A stretch of 50,830 nucleotides of DNA. Source: Candidatus Kerfeldbacteria bacterium. Lineage in GTDB: Bacteria > Patescibacteriota > Patescibacteriia > UBA9570 > XYC2-FULL-38-9. Made by a program: the position numbers and the translations under genes. The notes beneath the pieces are model-generated. The model worked only from the letters and a program-made list of their open reading frames with translations, was not told the origin of the DNA and made no database searches. Position 1 is the stretch's first letter. Each line of letters opens with the position of its first letter. Shown here piece by piece: positions 44,794-50,830 of the stretch. Location of the stretch: contig JBDRKW010000016.1 of assembly GCA_043813585.1 (NCBI GenBank), positions 1 through 50,830 on the forward strand, given 5' to 3'.

Positions 44794-46221
44794 TTAGCAT
44801 ATTTTTCTTACCGCTCCATAATATGTCAATACTGCAGTTAGCCACTTGTTGAACTCCACTGCCAATTCTTCAAATCGTTTAATTTTTTCAATAGTAATCA
44901 TTTCTTTATCATTCATAATACTAGCAGTAATGATTGCTCTTAAAGACTTGCTCTGATTAAATAGTGGAATTAGGACATCCAACTGATCTTTTTCCATGTG
45001 TCTTAATAATTCATCTAACCATTCATCAGAGAATATATTATTTTCATATTTATATTGATCAATCATTATTTCCTGCTTGAGAATTATTTTCTTCTGGATA
45101 TTTAGCGCTTTAGGATAAATATGATCTAACTGGAGTGAAAGTTTGTTTGAATTATTTAATGTTATCCATTCTTTTTCTGGATAAACCAGAAAATACACCG
45201 ATGTATCAATTCTGTTAAATTCCTTTTGCAGGTGGTATTGAATATCATGTGAGAGTATCTTAAAATATTCATATTTATCTATCCGTTTCTTTGGTTTTGT
45301 TGCATGAAAAAAATTATAGTCATTTTTAGGAAGTATTCTTTTTTTATCTGGACGAATGAATCGATTCTTTTTTGTAAGTAATAATAATGTTATAAGCAAT
45401 ACTCCAGTAAAGACTAATTTCAATAATATTACGGCGTCTTGATCTAACACCTGGTTCATGACAAATAGTAGCGACACTAAAAGATAAATAAAACCTCCAA
45501 GTATTAGAAATATTAGACTTTGTGTTATTAATGACACAGATCTGAAGAATCGATATCTTGTTATTGCATATGTAATAGAGGTTGAGAAAAACAAAGTGCC
45601 AACTACTCCATACAAAGGATCCATGTAAATATTCATCCATTCGAATAGAATTGCGTTGTTGACTATCCCGATAACACCGGAAATAGCAATTCCCCACATA
45701 ACATATTTCTTTTGTTGTCGCTTTATAAGCGACTTTTCGTTTCTAATCTGAAAAAATAACAGAAGCAATGCAATTCCAACATAGATTAAAAAATAAGGAA
45801 TAAAAACATTATACAAGGGGGTTCCAATAATTTGACCGTACGCTGCATTAGTGGATGTAGAGCCAACAGCACTAAATACTCCGAGAGAGAATGGTAGCAT
45901 CGCTAGTGGAGGTATAAAAAGCAAAATAGAAATCCATTTTGATATAGCTCGTCTCGATGGAAGAATGCTTACAAAAAAAAGGAGTGTCGATGGGATGAAT
46001 AATACTGAGACAAGCGACGCTTGATCTAAAACAATGATAAGTTCCGTATTAATAACCAGAGAGGCGTATAGATGTATGAAGCCCCAACATGCGATTTGTA
46101 GAGTAATAAAAGAAAAAACTAGCTTCTGTAATATGTGAGGTCTATCTATTAATAAATAAATCGTTAATACAATATTAATAATTACTACGAATAAAGCGAT
46201 TAGTTGAATAATTGATAACAT
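44794..46221 (-). CDS. 7TM sensor-domain membrane protein without kinase core (paralog of the kinase N-terminus)
   Basis: 475 aa, about 25-30% GC. The TM region aligns with the kinase sensor: KRQQKKYVMWGIAISGVIGIVNNAILF...ITYAITRYRFFRS versus RRQQIKFMLLGVILTAIFAVATNLVL...TISIIRYRFLDIR. The soluble tail of about 200 aa has no H-box or ATPase motifs. Confidence 0.6.
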   Translation of the reverse strand: MLSIIQLIALFVVIINIVLTIYLLIDRPHILQKLVFSFITLQIACWGFIHLYASLVINTELIIVLDQASLVSVLFIPSTLLFFVSILPSRRAISKWISILLFIPPLAMLPFSLGVFSAVGSTSTNAAYGQIIGTPLYNVFIPYFLIYVGIALLLLFFQIRNEKSLIKRQQKKYVMWGIAISGVIGIVNNAILFEWMNIYMDPLYGVVGTLFFSTSITYAITRYRFFRSVSLITQSLIFLILGGFIYLLVSLLFVMNQVLDQDAVILLKLVFTGVLLITLLLLTKKNRFIRPDKKRILPKNDYNFFHATKPKKRIDKYEYFKILSHDIQYHLQKEFNRIDTSVYFLVYPEKEWITLNNSNKLSLQLDHIYPKALNIQKKIILKQEIMIDQYKYENNIFSDEWLDELLRHMEKDQLDVLIPLFNQSKSLRAIITASIMNDKEMITIEKIKRFEELAVEFNKWLTAVLTYYGAVRKIC

Positions 46222-46443
46222 ATGTTAGTAGTTCAAAAAATTATCTTTGCCTTAGGCCGAGAAGCAAAATTGATAGCCCCTCGGCCTATGACGTCCCTAT
46301 TCAATTGTAAAGGTATCTAAACGTTATAGTACAATGTTGTCAAATATATTATTGGCTATTAAGAGCCGTTAAAATTTTACCAGGTAGTAATTGAATACAA
46401 TTTTCTATACTTCAAAGAAGTATCAACTTATCCACAGACGGCT

Positions 46444-46485
46444 AAAAAAAGCCCCCGAGTACCACACTAGGTGATAATCGGGGCT
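46444..46485 (-). terminator. rho-independent terminator ending the GC-rich island operon
   Basis: Minus strand AGCCCCGA-19 nt-TCGGGGGCT followed by T7. The stem encloses the TAG stop of ORF A (46467..46469). Confidence 0.65.
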
Positions 46486-46970
46486 AACGGCTCCAAAGCC
46501 AGGAAACAGGTTCCGGCCGGAAATCCGTGTTCGAACCAGCCCATGTTCAGTGTCCAGGTGCCGTCAGTACCTTGCTCGACGTAGACGGCGCGCTTGCTGG
46601 GCGCATCCGTCGTGACGTTGCCGAGGGCAATGATGCACCGGTCGGTGCTGACCAGGCGCTCGAATTCGCAGAGCGCCGTGAGCTGCGGCAGTCCCGCATG
46701 CCGTAGGCCGAAGCGCTCCAGTATGCAGGCCACCTGGTGCATGGACGCGGCAGTGTCGAGCCGCAAGACCCACAGGTCGTACCGCTCCACGCGCGGGATC
46801 CTGATGACCGGGAACCGGTGCGTGATGCACGGGTTGACCCAGGATAACCTGCACGCGTCGATCATCTCGAACGATGTGCGGTTTCGGTCCTGCAGCACCC
46901 AGTTCCGCGCGCACATGGTGAACCCGATGGCGTCGGGGTGGAGTATGAGCGCACCTTCGCTACTTGTCAT
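46467..46970 (-). CDS. GC-rich island protein A (shares domain with B and C), unknown function
   Basis: 167 aa. ATG overlaps the end of B by 11 nt. Shared module: RLSWVNPCITHRFP ... ILERFGLRHAGLPQLTALCEF ... CIIALGNV ... GWFEHGFPAGTCFLAL. Confidence 0.6.
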   Translation of the reverse strand: MTSSEGALILHPDAIGFTMCARNWVLQDRNRTSFEMIDACRLSWVNPCITHRFPVIRIPRVERYDLWVLRLDTAASMHQVACILERFGLRHAGLPQLTALCEFERLVSTDRCIIALGNVTTDAPSKRAVYVEQGTDGTWTLNMGWFEHGFPAGTCFLALEPLAPIIT

Positions 46971-47967
46971 CGGAATCGTGCTCGGCGTCCGGATCGGGCG
47001 TGAACGGCCTGTTCTCGTCGAGCGTCGAAGCGTTGGCGTCGAGCCCGGAACGGACTACGGAGACGATCGGCCTCATGTTGGTGTGGCACGCGCTCAACCG
47101 CCCGATGCGCGCCTCAACCTCGTCCACGCGCAGCTCACTCCCGGGCGGGAGCGTGCCGATGCGATCGAACTGGTCCAGGTCGGGCTCGCCGTCCGGTGCG
47201 GGCGGTCTGCTGAACCCCACCTCGCGGCCGTACTGTTCGCCGTCCAGCGCCTCGGCGATCATCCGTTGACGCGGGTGGTTGTTGTCCAGACGGGGGTGCC
47301 TGATCGGCGTATCCGCGTTGACGGACTGCTCGCTGGCAACCGCCAGGAACGTCCAGTCGGCCGCCCACCGGTGCTGCGTGAACATCGGCCGGAGCTCCAG
47401 CCCGAAGTTGGTGCGCGTCAGAGTCAGAACATGCACCTCCTTGGAATGGTCCTTGTGTGTGCTGCCGATGGCCGCGATGCGCTCGTTGAGAGCCATCGCG
47501 AACCGTTCGCGCGCGAACGCGCACAGGTGTTCGATCCGTGCGGGGCGCAGACCCTCGTTGAGGATCGCGCTGCTGATCTCGTCCCAGCCGGCTTCGTAGC
47601 CGAGCCGGAAGAGCACCATCTGCGCGCAGGCCAGGCCGCTGCCGTCCGGGTCGGCGAAGAAGTTCTCGCCGGTGACCATCCGGTCGACCTTGTCCAGCTT
47701 GCCCATGCGGACCATCGCCTCAACCGTGAGGTCGTAGTCGATCTCCACCGGGAAGGTGGTGATCCCCAGGCGGTAGTCGCGCAGGATCAGGTCGCTGACC
47801 GCGTCCAGCGTGAGCTCACCCTTCTCCGTGGTGAGGTGGTGCACGGCCTGCGCCGCGCTCGGGCTCTTCTCGTTGAGGATGCGCAGCAGCTTCTGCCACA
47901 CGTCCATCCCGATGCCGAATCCGCTCATCATGTGCCGGATCTCTGCCGGCGTTCTCTTGGTTCCCAT
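46960..47967 (-). CDS. GC-rich island protein B, unknown function
   Basis: 335 aa. SD AAGGAGG 6 nt before the ATG. Central shared module (VEIDYDLTVEAMVRMGKLDKVDRMVTGENF ... ILNEGLRPARIEHLCAFARE ... RIAAIGST ... HRWAADWTFLAV) plus a helical N-terminus and an acidic, probably disordered C-terminus. Confidence 0.65.
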   Translation of the reverse strand: MGTKRTPAEIRHMMSGFGIGMDVWQKLLRILNEKSPSAAQAVHHLTTEKGELTLDAVSDLILRDYRLGITTFPVEIDYDLTVEAMVRMGKLDKVDRMVTGENFFADPDGSGLACAQMVLFRLGYEAGWDEISSAILNEGLRPARIEHLCAFARERFAMALNERIAAIGSTHKDHSKEVHVLTLTRTNFGLELRPMFTQHRWAADWTFLAVASEQSVNADTPIRHPRLDNNHPRQRMIAEALDGEQYGREVGFSRPPAPDGEPDLDQFDRIGTLPPGSELRVDEVEARIGRLSACHTNMRPIVSVVRSGLDANASTLDENRPFTPDPDAEHDSDDK

Positions 47968-48132
47968 GCTGTTCCTCCTTTTTTGTGCGCTCCCCTCGCC
48001 CGCCCTATGCGGACTGAAAAAGCGCGTCGGTTACAGCGTCCTGCGCGTTGCTCGTACGTACCTGCGCAAAACGCTGCAACCGACCAGATGGGCATTTTAA
48101 AATAATGTTGATTATGAAGGTGCGAACAGGTG

Positions 48133-48162
48133 AACATAACGGGGAAATTGGCTGTTTGTCAA
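48133..48162 (-). promoter_or_regulatory. sigma70-like promoter for the B-A unit
   Basis: Minus strand TTGACA (48162..48157), 18 nt spacer, TATGTT (48138..48133). Leaves a leader of about 155 nt. Confidence 0.5.
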
Positions 48163-48227
48163 TGCCTGCCAGTCCCCTGTTTCAGTAAAAAAAGAAGGTC
48201 ATAGCTGGTGCCGGAAATTCTCCTGAC

Positions 48228-48743
48228 CTAGCCCCGGTCCACCTCGCGGTAGACCAGGAAGCGGTGCTGATCGGCGTACCAGACGCCGTCCAGCCAATGC
48301 CGGACCAGGCCGCGGTCGTTCGGCGAACCGGTGAGCATCAGGACGTCCTCGCCGTCCTCGTCGCTGCGGTTGATGCAGGTGGCGCCCATCGCGACCACGT
48401 CGTGCTCGCGCTGGGCGTTCGGGTAGCGACGTGCGAACCCAAGCAGGTGCTCGGCGCGCGCCAGCTTCCACCCGTTCTCCCGGATCTTGTGCAGCGCCAC
48501 CTCGGTGGTGACGCCGTACCGGAAGGTTACGACGCCCATGGTATGGCGCCGCATGCCACTCCCCCTGGTGGGGAAGTTGAGGCTATCCACTCCGTCCTCG
48601 GCCCAGTCGAGCCGGGCCTTGTTGACCATCGTCTCGGTACTCTCCACCATGATTGTCATGGCGAGCACGTTGACGAAGCAGAGCGAGAAGCCCGAGTTGA
48701 AGACCTCCGGGTCGTCCATCTGCAAAGCGGGAAATGCCACCAT
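48228..48743 (-). CDS. GC-rich island protein C, unknown function
   Basis: The track start is a TTG at 48854. The ATG at 48743 is preceded by GGAGGAGG with a 6-nt spacer, giving 171 aa (MVAFPALQMDD...). Shared module: RLDWAEDGVDSLNFP ... IRENGWKLARAEHLLGFARR ... DVVAMGAT ... WLDGVWYADQHRFLVY. Confidence 0.65.
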   Translation of the reverse strand: MVAFPALQMDDPEVFNSGFSLCFVNVLAMTIMVESTETMVNKARLDWAEDGVDSLNFPTRGSGMRRHTMGVVTFRYGVTTEVALHKIRENGWKLARAEHLLGFARRYPNAQREHDVVAMGATCINRSDEDGEDVLMLTGSPNDRGLVRHWLDGVWYADQHRFLVYREVDRG

Positions 48744-48924
48744 GAGTTTCCTCCTCCTACCATCCTTCATAGCGCCCTCCCAGACACTCATTATTATTGC
48801 ACTGAGAGTGCGCTTTGTCGGTTGCGATCCTCGCCCGTGAATGCATCGTTGCAAAACACCGGCAGGAAATTCAACCGAAAAGACGCTAAAAACGCTATTC
48901 TATCCCAAAAAAATGGGACAGCCG

Positions 48925-48952
48925 AATATAGCATATTTTCAGGATTTGTCAA
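48925..48952 (-). promoter_or_regulatory. sigma70-like promoter for gene C
   Basis: Minus strand TTGACA (48952..48947), 16 nt spacer, TATATT (48930..48925). Leaves a leader of about 175 nt. Confidence 0.5.
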
Positions 48953-48977
48953 GGGTATTTGAGAATTTGCGCTTCTG

Positions 48978-50830
48978 ATGCAAATCAGTACAATACACAT
49001 ACAAATGAATACGAGCCCGGAAGACACAGCTGAAACACCCGGCGTGGTGATGCGCGTCGGCCAAATTCCGAACTTGGCCTCATGTGCACACTACCTGGCT
49101 ACCGCCCCCCTTTTTGCCGAGCGGGCGGTGTTTGTTGTATGTGAAAACGATGTAGACCGGCATGCGCTGGTGGATGCGCTGCCCATCTTCAGTGGAAAAA
49201 GTGAAAAAAAACGCAAAATATTCGAATGGACCGGCGATATGCTGTCGCTCTCGATTATGCCCCCTGCCCCGGATTTCGTTATTGTTGACGCGCTTACGCT
49301 CGAAGAGGAGCCGCTGCCTGCGCCCCGGTCGTATGAACATGCCGCACTGAACCTGCGCGCGGGCGAAGAGCAGTCGCTGACGCAGTTAAAGCGATTTTTT
49401 GCCGCGTACGGGTATGACCGCGACACCACAGCCAACCTGCCCGGCCGCTGGGCAGTGCGCGGCGAAGTTGCGGATGTCTTTATTGACCGGCCGTACCGGA
49501 TAGCGTTTGACGGCGAAATGATCGAATCCATAGCGCCGTTTGACCCGGAAACCGGAAAAGCGGGAGTAACACGCGCTTCCCTGCTGCTTCCCCCTCTCTC
49601 CATGAACGGACGGTCGACCCTGCTGGACTATATGCCCGAAGACGCGCTCGTTGTTTTGTTCCACCAGGAACCGCTGGACACGCCGCATGACCAGCTGGTG
49701 CTGGACGCGCTCACCCTGCCCGACCAGCATAACGGCGGGTACAGGGAAACCAAGGCCTACCATATGCGGTATGACAATGTGCTGAAGGATGCCGCAGCCA
49801 TGGAACGCGCGGTTGCGCTGACGAATGCCCCCAAAAAAGTAAATGGCATTTTTAAGGATAGGCCTGCTGTGACTGTAGCGCATGTAGCCATTGGCGGACG
49901 CGGATTTGCGCATGAAGCATCGCGCACGATCGCGTTTACCGACCGTTCGCTGGGAATCGGCGAAGACGAAAAGAAAAAGCGCGCCGACCGGGTGCGGCAA
50001 GCCATGCTGCAGGAGCTCGCGCCCGGGGATTTTGTTGTGCATATGTTCCACGGCATTGCCCGGTTTGCCGGCATGCAGGTGATGCATGTGAATGAACTCG
50101 ACCGCGAATATTTCGTTCTTGAATATGCGGAACGCGATAAAATTTACGTTCCAGTGGAGCTCGCAGAGCGGATTGACAAATACATGGGCGACCCGAACCC
50201 TACCCTAAACCGGCTGAGCGACGCAAGCTGGCACGAGATGGTGGGCCGCGTGAAAGCGCATGCGCTGGAGATGGCGCGGAGCCTGCTCCATTTATATGCG
50301 CGCCGTTCCGTCAGCCGCGCGCCGCGCCTCGCTCCGCGCGAAGAAGAGCGCGAGCTTGATGAAAAATGCGCGTTTGAACTGACGGAAGACCAGAACAAAT
50401 CCCTCGGCGAGGTGTTTTCCGATACTGCGCAGGACAAGCCGATGGACCGGCTGCTGTGCGGCGATGTCGGGTTCGGCAAAACCGAGATCGCCATCCGTAC
50501 TGCGTTCCGTTCCGCGCTGAACGGCTACCAGGCGGTGGTGCTGGCGCCGACGACCGTGTTGGTGCAGCAGCATTTTGACACGTTCAACGAGCGGCTGCGG
50601 GAGTTTGGCGTGAACGTGCAGCAGCTGAGCCGGTTGAAAACGAAAAAAGAGCAGGCGCAGGTGGTGGAAGGCCTTAAACTCGGTTCCGTAGATATTGTAA
50701 TAGGAACGCACCGGCTGCTGTCGAAGGATATTGACTTCAAGCGGCTCGGACTGATCATAATCGATGAAGAGCAGCGCTTTGGCGTGCGCGCCAAGGAAAC
50801 ACTGAAGAAGCTTCGCGCGAATGCGCATAT
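48978..50830 (+). CDS. mfd: transcription-repair coupling factor Mfd, 3' end cut by window edge
   Basis: Absent from the ORF track (no stop inside the window). The frame is open from the stop at 48960..48962, with ATGs at 48978, 49005 and 49050. Contains the RNAP-interacting/CarD-like segment GDFVVHMFHGIARFAG, EYAERDKIYVPV, Walker A LCGDVGFGKTEIAIR and DEEQ box IIDEEQRFG. Confidence 0.9.
   Translation, partial: MQISTIHIQMNTSPEDTAETPGVVMRVGQIPNLASCAHYLATAPLFAERAVFVVCENDVDRHALVDALPIFSGKSEKKRKIFEWTGDMLSLSIMPPAPDFVIVDALTLEEEPLPAPRSYEHAALNLRAGEEQSLTQLKRFFAAYGYDRDTTANLPGRWAVRGEVADVFIDRPYRIAFDGEMIESIAPFDPETGKAGVTRASLLLPPLSMNGRSTLLDYMPEDALVVLFHQEPLDTPHDQLVLDALTLPDQHNGGYRETKAYHMRYDNVLKDAAAMERAVALTNAPKKVNGIFKDRPAVTVAHVAIGGRGFAHEASRTIAFTDRSLGIGEDEKKKRADRVRQAMLQELAPGDFVVHMFHGIARFAGMQVMHVNELDREYFVLEYAERDKIYVPVELAERIDKYMGDPNPTLNRLSDASWHEMVGRVKAHALEMARSLLHLYARRSVSRAPRLAPREEERELDEKCAFELTEDQNKSLGEVFSDTAQDKPMDRLLCGDVGFGKTEIAIRTAFRSALNGYQAVVLAPTTVLVQQHFDTFNERLREFGVNVQQLSRLKTKKEQAQVVEGLKLGSVDIVIGTHRLLSKDIDFKRLGLIIIDEEQRFGVRAKETLKKLRANAH

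Noticed and set aside
46251-46288. GC-rich hairpin AGGCCGAG-19 nt-CTCGGCCT in the AT-rich spacer upstream of the 7TM gene, considered as a terminator
   Set aside because: No T-run follows on either strand. It lies in the probable 5' UTR of 44794..46221, so it is at most an uncharacterised leader structure. The evidence is too thin to call.
46594-48105. 503-aa plus-strand ORF across the GC-rich island
   Set aside because: It is antisense to ORFs A and B. It spans their junction and B's leader, and it lacks an SD. The minus-strand genes have an SD, a promoter, a terminator and mutual paralogy. This is a high-GC artefact.
1-50830. Alternative genetic code (UGA recoding, as in some candidate phyla)
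   Set aside because: TGA terminates well-supported genes (for example the NUDIX stop at 8933, the recJ stop at 26932 and the helical-repeat stop at 37025). Family-conserved proteins read through without internal TGA. The standard code fits.
1-50830. CRISPR arrays, tRNA/rRNA genes, IS elements, integrases, reverse transcriptase/DGR
   Set aside because: I inspected the intergenic regions (all under 550 nt) by eye. Apart from RNase P RNA, I found no cloverleaf-like tRNA, no regularly spaced direct repeats, and no ORF with transposase, integrase or RT motifs. This is a visual scan only, so small elements could be missed.

Overview
This 50.8-kb chromosomal segment looks like it comes from a small-genome, fermentative bacterium. 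The gene content is Patescibacteria/CPR-like, but that placement is inference only. By spot counts the backbone is roughly 50% GC. It is almost entirely minus-strand and densely packed, with 4-16 nt gene overlaps. It uses the standard code (TGA, TAA and TAG all end long ORFs), and its genes mostly lack Shine-Dalgarno motifs. Backbone content: SPFH and DUF2207 membrane proteins; rplJ-rplL with a structured leader; archaeal-type pyrH; mltG; three NUDIX hydrolases; envelope genes (NDP-sugar transferase, uppP, PAP2-like, two GT4, Wzz-like, priming sugar transferase); a large secreted metallophosphoesterase/FG-GAP protein; a membrane-anchored Clp-like AAA+ unfoldase; RNase P RNA (hidden under an over-extended ORF call); an overlapping prs-HD-NUDIX-recJ-rnhA operon; and a lower-glycolysis/ATP module (pgk, eno, ADP-forming acyl-CoA synthetase, gpmI, PfkB kinase) preceded by an orphan 7TM histidine kinase. 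mfd runs off the 3' edge. I saw no tRNA, rRNA, CRISPR array, transposase or integrase. The most interesting material is a compositional patchwork. Three inserts are GC-rich (about 60-70% GC): an FAD oxidoreductase at 16.3-18.0 kb, a Cys-rich ORF at 39.2-39.9 kb that splits pgk from eno, and a triad of paralogous unknown proteins at 46.4-49.0 kb. The triad forms two transcription units, each with its own promoter, long structured leader and strong SD site. A 25-35% GC block (42.3-46.4 kb) begins inside the histidine kinase gene. A tandem pair of unknown helical-repeat paralogs sits inside the glycolytic operon, and one copy is interrupted by a single in-frame TAA. The GC-rich paralog triad is my best candidate for an undescribed system, but its function is unknown.
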